Origin: an uncultured delta proteobacterium
Lineage (GTDB): Bacteria > Desulfobacterota > Desulfomonilia > UBA1062
Length of the DNA: 64,000 nt
Direction of reading: 5' to 3'
Assembly: GCA_963798485.1 (NCBI GenBank)
Contig: CAWCTR010000018.1
Span: 1 to 64,000 of the forward strand
The notes beneath the pieces were generated by a model. That model worked only from the letters and a program-made list of their open reading frames with translations, was not told the DNA's origin and did no database searches. The number at the start of each line of letters is the position of its first letter. Within the stretch, counting starts at the first letter, position 1. The position numbers and the translations under genes were made by a program. Below, piece by piece: positions 1 through 9,458 of this stretch.

Positions 1-222
1 CTTTTTATGCTTTTTTATGCTCAGCACGTCAGGTTGTTGCCTGAGCATAAGTTGATAACTTCTGGGAATAACTCTGTTTGACTGATGGCCTTTTTTTTGC
101 TATAAATTAATGGATTTCTCTCTAACAATATGAATCTTCTTTGCTAGGGGGAGCCTTATGGCATCCAAGAGCATGGGCATCTAAGAATGATTATTTCAGT
201 ATATATTTGAGGAGGACTTCCT

Positions 223-1113
223 ATGAGTACATCTCACTTCCTGAGGATCTTCCGGTCAATCATTGTTCTCTCAATCATTGCACTTTTTGTCGGATGTAGT
301 GGCGGTGGAAAAGATAAAGTTTCGTCAGAAGATTCATTTACTATATCTGGTTCAGTAAGTGGCGCTATTCAACAAGGAGTTACAATAACATTATCGGGTG
401 CAAGCTCAGGTACTGCGACAACAGATGCCAGCGGTAACTATAGTTTCCCTGGTCTAAAAAACGGGTCATACACCATCACTCCATCGATGACTGGTTACAC
501 ATTTTCTCCAGCTAGCAAGGCAGTGACGATTAATAACGCAGATGTCAGTGCAAACGACTTCACTGCTGCCACAAGCATGAGTCCTACTTATGGCATCTCT
601 GGAATCATAACGGCGGGTGGCGTTGGTAAGCAAGGTGTTGCCGTAACATTATCCGGCACTAACTCAGGTACTGCGACAACAGATGCCAGCGGGAACTACA
701 GTTTTACTGGCCTGGTTAATGGGGCATATACCATCACCCCATCCCTTACTGGATATACATTCAATCCTGCCAGTCTGGCAGTTATGATCGATGGAGCCAA
801 TGTAACTTCCGAGAACTTTACAGCAACAGCCAATTCGGCACCTACATACAGCATTTCAGGGACAGTGACAAAAGATGGTACTGCATTACCTGGTGTGACA
901 ATGACATTATCCGGAGCTGGTACCGGCACAGTGAGCACCGATTCCAGTGGCAACTACACTTTCAGCAACCTAGCAAATGGGACATACACAGTCACCCCGA
1001 CACTAACACTAAATGGATATACATTCACTCAGGCTAGTTTTTCGGTTACGATCGATGGAGCCAATAAAACTGCCAACTTTATAATAGAACCTGAAAATTG
1101 GACAGGAGGTTAA
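223..1113 (+). CDS. Lipoprotein with three tandem carboxypeptidase-regulatory-like (Cna-B/prealbumin-fold) repeats
   Basis: GAGGAGG SD; lipobox LFVGC; three ~85-aa repeats (ISG..GVTxTLSG..TTDASGNYSF..L.NG.YTITP); a 30-bp identical DNA segment starts at 405 and 663. Confidence 0.8.
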   Translation: MSTSHFLRIFRSIIVLSIIALFVGCSGGGKDKVSSEDSFTISGSVSGAIQQGVTITLSGASSGTATTDASGNYSFPGLKNGSYTITPSMTGYTFSPASKAVTINNADVSANDFTAATSMSPTYGISGIITAGGVGKQGVAVTLSGTNSGTATTDASGNYSFTGLVNGAYTITPSLTGYTFNPASLAVMIDGANVTSENFTATANSAPTYSISGTVTKDGTALPGVTMTLSGAGTGTVSTDSSGNYTFSNLANGTYTVTPTLTLNGYTFTQASFSVTIDGANKTANFIIEPENWTGG

Positions 1114-1810
1114 GTTACACTTGGGATACAAAAAGAGCAGGACCAAGTGGAACGAATACGAAAAAAATACCCGCATATGGATCTCCCCCCATCTCCTTGT
1201 ATCTCACAGTTTCGAGTTAAAGTTCCATCAAGGCAAAGCAGAGCTTCCTGCGATAACGTGCGCCACGAAGGCGCGAAGAGGTAGTCTGAAAAGGCTACAT
1301 TGGAGCAGCCATGCTGCATGGAAGATGAGGGGAGGCCCCTCGGGATCGGGTTGCAGGATCAGATCCCAAACCGCCTGGCGCTGCGTGGGGATAAGATCCC
1401 AGGTGGTAAGCGGACCAGGAAAAGGCGAGGCAAGATCTCGTCAGGTGAGGACCAGGAAGGCGAACGTAAGTGAACCACTGATGAGCTGTCGAAAAGATAC
1501 AGACGTCATCGAAACCGGGCTACTTTATCGGGTCCGGGACAGAGTCTGGGGGGAACCTGTTTACTGCCCAGATGGTGACCGGCAGAAAGGTGGCGCGAGC
1601 CTGGTTCAGGCTTCCATGCGGAACGTGGGAACCTGGCGCTCTGATGCTAAGGGAGAAGTCGAAGTGGAGGCCCCACGAAGACGAGAGTACCGATGCAGAG
1701 CGCAGGGACGGATCAGCCCGTAATAGTGATGAAGTCCGGTAATGTGGATGGAGCGAAGGGGCTGAACTGTCCGGTCTTGTTCATGAGTCAACCAGCAATG
1801 GGAGGAGCTT

Positions 1811-3064
1811 ATGGATAAGGCGAAGTCGTTTTGTATTTCCAAGCGCATTGTATGGGAAGCATACAAACGTGTCAAAGCGAATCGTGGTGCGGCCGGGGTT
1901 GATGGTCAGTCACTGAAGGCGTTTGAGAAGGATCTGAAGAACAACCTCTATAAGATCTGGAATCGGATGTCATCTGGGAGCTATTTACCGCCGCCGGTGA
2001 GGCTTGTTGAGATCCCGAAAGGGGATGGGAGGATGCGGCCGTTAGGCATACCGACGGTAGCGGACAGGATTGCACAGACAGTGGTCAAGATGACACTGGA
2101 GCCCGTGGTGGAGCCGAAGTTTCATCCGGATTCATACGGGTATCGACCTGGAAAGTCTGCATTAGATGCAATCGGAATGGCGCGAGAGCGCTGTTGGCGC
2201 ATGGATTGGGTGATAGATCTCGATATCAAAGGATTCTTTGATAACCTGGATCATGACCTGGTAATGAAGGCGGTGAAGTTTCATACGGACCTAACCTGGA
2301 TACATCTTTATGTGGAGCGGTGGCTGAAAGCACCGGTTCAATTATCGGATGGGACGGTAAAGGAACGGGGAACTGGAACGCCACAGGGAGGGGTGATCAG
2401 CCCCTTGCTGGCAAATATTTTTATGCACCATGCGTTTGACGACTGGATGCGGCGGAATCAGCCCGGTGTCCAGTTCGAGAGATATGCTGATGATGTGGTA
2501 ATCCACTGTGTAAGTCTGAGGCAGGCCAAAGAGGTGCTTGAAGCCGTGAGGAATCGCCTGAAGCAATGTGGATTGGAATTACACCCAACCAAGACGAAGA
2601 TGGTCTATTGCAAAGACGATAGCCGACGAGAGAATTTTGAGCCAAATACGTTCGACTTTCTCGGGTACACCTTTCAACCGAGGCAAGCCAAAAGCAACAA
2701 AGGCAGGTATTTCATTAGTTTTCTGCCAGCGATGAGCAACAAGGCGGCCACAGCGATCAGGCAAACCATTCGAGGATGGAGTCTGTCTGTGAACTGGAAT
2801 AATCAAACACTGGAAGCATTGGCACGATTCATAGATCCGTTTGTGCGGGGCTGGATGAACTACTATGGCCAGTTTTACCGTTCGAGATGTGTGTGTACTC
2901 TGAGGCATCTGAACAGAGTTCTCGTAAGATGGGTGATGAGGAAATACAAGCGGTTTAAACGCAGGCAACGAGCAGCGACCCACTGGTTGGGACGTATTGC
3001 AAAGCGGAATGTGGATTTATTCGTTCTGTGGAGCCTGGGCATTAAACCATCGGCTGGACAGTAG
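1811..3064 (+). CDS. ltrA: Group II intron reverse transcriptase/maturase, class D, no endonuclease domain
   Basis: AYKRVKANRGAAGVDG, RPLGIPTVADRIAQ, GTPQGGVISPLLAN, RYADD, X-domain RGWMNYYG; GGAGG SD. Confidence 0.95.
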   Translation: MDKAKSFCISKRIVWEAYKRVKANRGAAGVDGQSLKAFEKDLKNNLYKIWNRMSSGSYLPPPVRLVEIPKGDGRMRPLGIPTVADRIAQTVVKMTLEPVVEPKFHPDSYGYRPGKSALDAIGMARERCWRMDWVIDLDIKGFFDNLDHDLVMKAVKFHTDLTWIHLYVERWLKAPVQLSDGTVKERGTGTPQGGVISPLLANIFMHHAFDDWMRRNQPGVQFERYADDVVIHCVSLRQAKEVLEAVRNRLKQCGLELHPTKTKMVYCKDDSRRENFEPNTFDFLGYTFQPRQAKSNKGRYFISFLPAMSNKAATAIRQTIRGWSLSVNWNNQTLEALARFIDPFVRGWMNYYGQFYRSRCVCTLRHLNRVLVRWVMRKYKRFKRRQRAATHWLGRIAKRNVDLFVLWSLGIKPSAGQ

Positions 3065-3106
3065 GAGCCGGATGAGTTGAGAGGCTCACGTCCGGTTCTG
3101 AGAGAG

Positions 3107-5047
3107 TTGCGCCTTGAAGCGTTTGGAATACAGTGGTCTGAAATGACCACCTTGGTAAAGCCTAGCCAGCAGCCAAGTACCGAGTCTTGCGTGGTGAGCG
3201 GTAACAATCACTGCGAAGCGTAGACAGGAAGGTGATAGGCCGGAATCGAAAGATGAAGAGGATAATTAGCCCCGAAATCGAACGTGTTTGAAGCAGTCGA
3301 CCTTATCTCTCTATGGGGAAGACAACAATCTCATGGTCGCTTAATGGCAAGAACATGAGATTGCTTCCGGGGTACGAACCTACGGCATGTTACCAAAGGA
3401 TTCCAAGTGAACAAGGGAGATCCGGCGAACCCAGGCGGAGCCTGTAGGAACAAACAAGCCTACAAAGCGAGGATGTTCCGACGGTTTGTCGGAAGTCGGA
3501 CTGGCTGATAGTACTCAGAGACAGGGAGAGCCTGTTACAAGGGGAAGCGGCCAGCGGGATTTGAGCTCTTCTAAGGAAACATGAGCTCCATACAAAGGGA
3601 GGATACGAGCCTTAATGCAAAGTAAGGATAACTCAGTCATGGGAACGGGATTAGAAGGGATAGCAGCAAAAGCTCGAAAGGAAACAAAGCTCAAGTTCAC
3701 GACATTATGCCATCATGTCACCCGAGAGTTGATCTGGAAGAGTCTGAATAGCATTCCTAAACAATCGGCACCGGGAGTGGATGGTATCAGCGTGGAGGAG
3801 ACGAAGAAGACATTCGATGCATGGATAGACGAGATGCTAACATCCATACACCGAAAAGCCTACCATGCACCACCGGTAAGGCGGGTTTGGATACCCAAGC
3901 CTGGGAAGACCTCCAAGAGGCCTATAGGCGTACCTTGTATGGCGGACCGAGCACTGCAAAGAAGTGTTTCGGTGGTTCTGTCAAGTATTTATGAACAGGA
4001 CTTTCTGCCGTGCTCATTTGGAGGCCGACCGAAACTGAGTGCCCATCATGCCCTATCCACACTCAATGAAATCATAGCGGGCAAGAAGGTCAGTTGGGTA
4101 CTCGAAGCAGATCTAAAGAACTTCTTCGGTAGTTTGAACCATGGATGGATAGAACGGTTTGTTGAACATCGAGTCGGAGACCCGAGGATTATAAGCTTGA
4201 TAAGGCGATGGTTAAAGGCTGGCGTCCTGGAAGAGGGCGAGGTGAAACCGGTTGAAGAGGGGACTCCCCAAGGGGGGTCCATCAGTGTACTGCTGAGCAA
4301 TATATATCTCCATTACGTTTTGGATCTTTGGTTTGAAAGGGTGATAAAACCCAAACTGAAGGGAGAAGCCTATCTGGTAAGGTATATAGATGATTTTGTA
4401 GTATGCTTTCAGCTTAGGTCGGATGCGATCTTCTTCCAAAAGGTACTGGTAGAAAGACTTGAGAAGTTTAGCTTGGAATTAGAACCTGAGAAGACCCGGT
4501 TAGTGGAGTTCGGGCGCTTTGCCCAACGCGAGGCAAAGGAAAAGGGTAAGAGCCTGGAGACTATATACTTTCTGGGATTTACCCATTACTGTACCCGCAA
4601 CCGCAAGGGCAACTTTATGGTGGGTCGCAAGATAGAAAAGTCTCGATTCCGGCGGAGTGTTCAAAATTTACAGGCACTGATGCGGGAAATCAGGCACTAT
4701 TCCTTGGGAGAACAACTTGAGAAAATCAACCAAGTGCTGAGAGGCCACTATGCTTACTATGGAGTAGGTGGGAACGTTAAATCATTGTTCAAGATTTACC
4801 GTATTGCCGAAAGATACTGGCGTAAGATGCTGAGTAGCCGGAGCCAGAAGAGCTACATATCCTGGGATAGATTCTGTTGCCTTAAGCAGGTGTTTCCGTT
4901 ACAGCAGCCCAAGCTTTCTGTACCCTTCGGGAGGATGAAAGCACTCGCTGTGCTGTGAAACAAATTCTGAAGAGCGTAGTGCGGGAAATCCGCACGCTAC
5001 GTTCTGTGGGGGTTGGGGCTGCCAATTTGCAGCCCCTTCTACCCGGC
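3107..5047 (+). mobile_element. Group II intron, class E-like; inner member of the twintron
   Basis: 5' TTGCGC; EBS1 loop CTCTCT (3307-3312, in a CCTTAT/ATGGGG stem) complements AGAGAG at 3101-3106; DV GAGCGTAGTGCGGGAAATCCGCACGCTACGTTC at 4972-5004; DVI ends ..CTACCCGGC; its removal restores the outer intron DVI helix. Confidence 0.9.
3615..4958 (+). CDS. ltrA: Group II intron reverse transcriptase/maturase, class E-like, no endonuclease domain
   Basis: EGIAAKARKETKLKFTTLCHH N-terminus, APGVDG, GTPQGGSISVLLSNIYLHY, RYIDD, LRGHYAYYG. Confidence 0.95.
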   Translation: MQSKDNSVMGTGLEGIAAKARKETKLKFTTLCHHVTRELIWKSLNSIPKQSAPGVDGISVEETKKTFDAWIDEMLTSIHRKAYHAPPVRRVWIPKPGKTSKRPIGVPCMADRALQRSVSVVLSSIYEQDFLPCSFGGRPKLSAHHALSTLNEIIAGKKVSWVLEADLKNFFGSLNHGWIERFVEHRVGDPRIISLIRRWLKAGVLEEGEVKPVEEGTPQGGSISVLLSNIYLHYVLDLWFERVIKPKLKGEAYLVRYIDDFVVCFQLRSDAIFFQKVLVERLEKFSLELEPEKTRLVEFGRFAQREAKEKGKSLETIYFLGFTHYCTRNRKGNFMVGRKIEKSRFRRSVQNLQALMREIRHYSLGEQLEKINQVLRGHYAYYGVGGNVKSLFKIYRIAERYWRKMLSSRSQKSYISWDRFCCLKQVFPLQQPKLSVPFGRMKALAVL

Positions 5048-5138
5048 CGTGGGGGTGCGATTCCCCTGCGCTACTCGACTCAGTGATTTCCAATTCGTGT
5101 GTTCAACCGTTGATCTCTTTAAACAAACTCTTATGTAA

Positions 5139-6660
5139 CTGAAGTTTCGCACATACGTAAATATCATTAAATCGAATTCAAAGGTATGAAAATATTCATC
5201 TAAGCATAGAAAAGCAGCTCCGGATTTAGTAATCTTGACTCTGCTAAGTAACCAGGATCACTAAAGAAGGGAGCTGCCATGAAGAAGGATATCGCATTTT
5301 CACTTTCTCTTCAAAAGGAAATTCAACACAAGCGTTTATGTTTGGAATCAGAGGTTGAGAAGTCATGTGGCGAGATAGGGATCAGAACACTACTGCATCG
5401 AGCAGGGATCAGCAAAGAGAAGGGATTTGCTCCGAGTACACTGCTCTTCGTGTTGATTCTCTTGCCCATGATCAAGGAATCGCTGACAGCCTTATGGTCT
5501 GGGAAGTATTTCACTCGTTTGCTCGAAGCCAGGAAAGACACCTACTATCGATTTCTCAATTGCGAGTATTTCAACTGGCGCAAGCTGGTAACACTGATGG
5601 TTTCTCGATTGCTTGCCAGGCTTGATACGGCTGAATTTGCACAGAAAGTGCTCATCGCCGATGACACCCTTCTTCACAAGACCGGAAAAGAGATGGAGTT
5701 GGTGAGTTATCACTTCAATCACACGAGCAAGCGTTCCCATCTTGGGTATCAGATGCTCCAGGTAGGCTATCACAACGGGATTGATTTCTATCCTGTCGAT
5801 GTCAGTTTTCATACATCCAGAAACCGGTCCAATGGGAATTCCAAGAAGATGGATCGACGCAGCAACGGATGGAAGAGACGCATGGAAGCGTTCGAGAAGA
5901 AAACCGATATGCTGATTCATATGCTTGAGCGTTGCTGGCAAACCGGCATTGATGCACGGTTTGTTCTTTTTGACAGCTGGTTTGCCTATGACGCCATTAT
6001 CTCGAAGATCCTTGAAATTGGCTATGGGGTCATCTGCCGGTTGAAAAGATCCCGGGCTCACTACCTGTATCAAGGCAGGCAACTCACTCTCTCTCAGTTG
6101 TGGCACGATGTAGCCAGACATGAACTGAGACAGGTAAGTTCATGGCAGGTCAAGGCAACCAAGATCATGGTTTCCCTTCCTCATTCACAGGATGTCACAA
6201 TTGTTTTTGTGAGATGGTCAAAAAAACAATGGCATGCATTCTTATGCACAGAGACCGAAATCGAGATACCGGAAATCCTCGATTACTATTCCCGCAGGTG
6301 GGCTATCGAAGTGTATTTCCGTGACTGCAAGCAACTGCTCGGATTGGAGAAATGCCAGAGCGAAACCTTTGATGCCCTTGTGGCCTGGATTTCCATCGTC
6401 ATGATCCGCTACCTGCTCCTCGTCCATATTCTCGGGAAAAGACAGATCCGTGGTCCTCTCGGCCCCTTGTTCAAAGACCTCGCCTATGAGCATCTCCAGA
6501 TTGCTTTCATCAATACATTCTGTGACCGCTTGAGAAAAATCGTTATGCTTTCAAGTCAGCTATTTTCATCAGATACCGACATCGACTACTTCTTCTACCT
6601 AATGGATATCCTTGAAAATACCTCCCTTGACTTGAACTGATCCGGTGTGCGAAACTTCAG
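5139..6660 (+). mobile_element. IS4/IS701-like insertion sequence, complete
   Basis: Perfect 15-bp terminal IRs CTGAAGTTTCGCACA (5139-5153) and TGTGCGAAACTTCAG (6646-6660); 8-bp direct repeat TTATGTAA at 5131-5138 and 6661-6668. Confidence 0.92.
5279..6640 (+). CDS. DDE transposase (IS4 superfamily)
   Basis: LIADDT, LFDSWF, YxxRWxIExxFRxxKQ (YREK) signature. Confidence 0.92.
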   Translation: MKKDIAFSLSLQKEIQHKRLCLESEVEKSCGEIGIRTLLHRAGISKEKGFAPSTLLFVLILLPMIKESLTALWSGKYFTRLLEARKDTYYRFLNCEYFNWRKLVTLMVSRLLARLDTAEFAQKVLIADDTLLHKTGKEMELVSYHFNHTSKRSHLGYQMLQVGYHNGIDFYPVDVSFHTSRNRSNGNSKKMDRRSNGWKRRMEAFEKKTDMLIHMLERCWQTGIDARFVLFDSWFAYDAIISKILEIGYGVICRLKRSRAHYLYQGRQLTLSQLWHDVARHELRQVSSWQVKATKIMVSLPHSQDVTIVFVRWSKKQWHAFLCTETEIEIPEILDYYSRRWAIEVYFRDCKQLLGLEKCQSETFDALVAWISIVMIRYLLLVHILGKRQIRGPLGPLFKDLAYEHLQIAFINTFCDRLRKIVMLSSQLFSSDTDIDYFFYLMDILENTSLDLN

Positions 6661-6729
6661 TTATGTAAAATTAGATACAAATATTTCGGTCAGTGTTGTA
6701 CGATTGTCTTCCAGTTATTACAGATCTGA

Positions 6730-6852
6730 TCACAGGGCGTAACAATCACGGATCAACAGATCAAGGCCGGACCCAATCCCGATCAGCAGCAGCTCAAGCA
6801 AATCAAGAAAGGCAATGAATATGTTGCGGAAAAGATCAATTAAGAATTTCAT
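6730..6852 (-). CDS. Putative 40-aa hydrophobic small protein (MKFLIDLFRNIFIAFLDLLELLLIGIGSGLDLLIRDCYAL)
   Basis: ATG preceded by AAGGAG SD (6861-6866); TTGACA at 6926-6931 upstream; below the ORF-track cutoff. Confidence 0.45.
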   Translation of the reverse strand: MKFLIDLFRNIFIAFLDLLELLLIGIGSGLDLLIRDCYAL

Positions 6853-7256
6853 TATGTAAGCTCCTTATAATCAGTTTGTGGATCTTGTTGACCTGTTGTG
6901 AATACGTATGAGAAATTACTATTCCTGTCAAACGATTAATAGTTCATTATCGAACTTGAATATATCCCTCTCTACGGATATGAATTGCTTTCTTTTCCGT
7001 GCCGGTTTATATCCGGCCCCTGATGTGTTACACCTAGTATCTTGGCTACACATACATTGAGTAAAGGAGAAATGAGATGACCCTGTGTCCCATTGCCATA
7101 GTTGCCGGCTGCAAGAAATGTCCAATATTCAAAGTCTGCCCCATGAAAGGCATCATCGGCGATTATAAGAAGCCGGACGAAGTTCAGCCCAAACAGCAAA
7201 ATAAAAAGACAAAGGGCAGTGTGAAACGGAAGAGGTAGAGAAAGACGAGGAGAAAA

Positions 7257-8080
7257 GTGGCTACATCAAGAGCCTTACTCTTTACGAAAAGAATCAAGTA
7301 AAGACAATAAAGGCATGGAAAAATGAAACCCCGCATGTTGTCAGCCAGGCAGTTAGTTTTTTAACATATCCGGCGACGAGGGTTATTCAAAAAACAATTC
7401 CGGATACCGCTATTCAACTGATATTCGATGTTGCAAACTTTCTGGCCAATGAAATAGCCGACACAGGGGACATAGTGAAAGCGGGAGGGGTCTGCAAAAT
7501 AAGTGACCTGAAGAATAAAGACTTCAAACTTTCAGATGAACTTGCAAACAGCGTTCATAACTGGGCTATCGGGATCGCAGCAGCACAGGGAGGAGCGACG
7601 GGCGCTGCAGGGATAGCCGGGCTGGCTGCCGACATTCCCGCCATTATCATGCTTGCACTCAGAACAATACATAAAATTGCCTTGTGCTATGGCTATGAAT
7701 GCCGTTCTGAAATGGACAAGAATTTTGCTTTGGGTATTCTTTCTGCTTCCGGCGCCAACACGATGAGTGAAAAAAAAGAGGCATTGGCAACGCTCCGTTC
7801 AATCGAGGTCACCATGGCCAAACAGACGTGGAAAGCCATGGCTGAAAAAGCGGCCGGTCTGCAACTTTCAAAAGAAAGCGGCATCATAGCCATAAAAAAC
7901 CTTGCAAAACAACTTGGCATCAATATTACCAAGCGTAAAGCCATGCAGGCGATTCCTGTCATTGGAGCTGTTGTCGGTGCCTCCGTGAACGGCTGGTATC
8001 TTAAAGATGTGGGGTGGGCGGCACGCCGGGCATTTCAGGAAAGATGGTTGATTGATAACAATAAAGTCAGGCAAATTTAA
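7257..8080 (+). pseudogene. EcsC-family protein, apparent 1-nt frameshift near the 5' end
   Basis: EcsC-like core (GGATGAAG..ADIPA..YGY..IPVIGAVVGA); the frame is open upstream of 7475 without a start codon; GTG 7257 with GAGGAG SD is one base out of frame at ~7268. Confidence 0.65.
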
Positions 8081-8129
8081 ATTCGGGAGTCTGTAATGTC
8101 CAGGTTTTATCCTGGCAATTCGAGGTATT

Positions 8130-9332
8130 ATGCCCAAGAACCGCCATATTCACCCTTCTGACATTCGCGGGTTCAGCCGGCTCGCAATCGATGCGACTAT
8201 CGGGCTGACCGACCTGGTCGAGGCCATGCACCACAACATTACCCGCATTCCGGGTGATCCTGGCAGAACCACACACACGAAGGGTATCACCGGGCTGGTT
8301 TACCAAATCATCAGGGGAGTTACCCGCCTTGTAGGTGGCGGGATCGATGCGGTGCTCGCGCAGCTTGTTCCACTTCTCGGCCATGGGCCGTCGTCCACCG
8401 AGCGCGAAGCCGTGCTTGCGGCCCTGAACGGTGTCCTCGGCGACCACCTCGCTGCCAGCGGGAACCCACTGACAATTCCCATGCGGTTGCGCTACGAGGG
8501 GCAGCAGCTTGAACTGACAAGCCAGGCCTTAGCTGTAGCGAACCTTAAGCCCAGCGGCAAAGTACTCCTGCTCGTGCATGGGCTGTGTATGAATGATCTG
8601 CAATGGCGGCGCAACGGGCATGACCATGGCGCCGCCCTGGCCGGCGCTGCCGGATTCACGCAGGTGTATCTGCACTACAACAGCGGCCTCCATATCTCCG
8701 CCAACGGTCGAGCTTTTGCCGCCTTGATTGAGGACCTGCTCCAGGTCTGGCCGGTACCTGTGGATGAAGTGGTCATTATCGGGCATAGCATGGGCGGGTT
8801 GGTTGCCCGTAGCGCCTGCCACTACGGCAAGGTTGCAGGGAACGTTTGGCTGCGGTACCTCCGTAAGATCGTCTTCCTCGGTACCCCACACCATGGTGCC
8901 CCGCTGGCACGCGGTAGCAACTGGGTAGGTGTCATTCTGGACGTCAGCCCATATACGGCCGCGTTTGCCCGTCTCGGGAGAATTCGTAGCTCCGGCATTA
9001 CCGACCTCCACTTCGGCAGCCTGCTGGATGAGGACTGGGAATATCAGGACCGCTTCACGAGCTCAACAGACCTCAGGCGGGCCGTGCCGCTGCCGGACGG
9101 TGTGCAGTGCTACGCCGTTGGGGGCTCGATCGCAAAAAGGGCAAGCACCTTGAGTGAGCAACTCCTCGGCGACGGTCTTGTACCCTTGCGCAGTGCATTA
9201 GGACAGCACACGGACCCAATCCGTAACCTGTCTTTTCCGGAATCTCAGCAGTGGATCGGGTACGGCATGAACCATCTGGACCTTCTGGATCGCAAAGAAG
9301 TTTACGAGAAGATCCTTCAGTGGCTTTCATGA
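8130..9332 (+). CDS. Alpha/beta hydrolase (PGAP1-like/lipase)
   Basis: LVHGLCM, GHSMGG nucleophile elbow, LGTPHHGAP, GDGLVP, NHLDLL. Confidence 0.85.
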   Translation: MPKNRHIHPSDIRGFSRLAIDATIGLTDLVEAMHHNITRIPGDPGRTTHTKGITGLVYQIIRGVTRLVGGGIDAVLAQLVPLLGHGPSSTEREAVLAALNGVLGDHLAASGNPLTIPMRLRYEGQQLELTSQALAVANLKPSGKVLLLVHGLCMNDLQWRRNGHDHGAALAGAAGFTQVYLHYNSGLHISANGRAFAALIEDLLQVWPVPVDEVVIIGHSMGGLVARSACHYGKVAGNVWLRYLRKIVFLGTPHHGAPLARGSNWVGVILDVSPYTAAFARLGRIRSSGITDLHFGSLLDEDWEYQDRFTSSTDLRRAVPLPDGVQCYAVGGSIAKRASTLSEQLLGDGLVPLRSALGQHTDPIRNLSFPESQQWIGYGMNHLDLLDRKEVYEKILQWLS

Positions 9333-9458
9333 CCTTCTTGGAAAAACGATGTATGAATCCTTGGAAAGTCGCATTCTTAAAGGCTTGAACCATCTGTTGA
9401 CAGCATGAGCTATCTATGGTCTAGATATAACTTATCGTTCAGAAAAGGGGTGAGGAAT

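Larger units (their letters stand above)
1258..5079 (+). mobile_element. Group II intron, bacterial class D (RmInt1-like); outer member of a twintron, interrupted in domain VI
   Basis: 5' GTGCGC at 1258; EBS2 CAGGAAG (1453-1459) and EBS1 TTTATCG (1524-1530) complement the 5' exon CTTCCTG-CGATAAC; DV GAGCCGGATGAG..CACGTCCGGTTC at 3065-3098; DVI split between 3099-3106 and 5048-5079, with bulged A at 5073 and end ..CTCGAC (3' end +/-1 nt). Confidence 0.9.

Noticed and set aside
1-80. TTATGCTCAG/CTGAGCATAA inverted repeat and DnaA-box-like words
   Set aside because: At the window edge with imperfect matches and no oriC gene context; no function can be assigned
1121-1723. 200-aa ORF upstream of the first RT
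   Set aside because: Mostly overlaps intron RNA domains I-III; a chance read-through of structured RNA
1811-4958. Two adjacent RTs as a retron, DGR, CRISPR-RT or defence RT system
   Set aside because: Both have group II maturase features with their own DV/DVI and EBS-IBS pairings; no TR/VR, msr-msd or cas genes were seen
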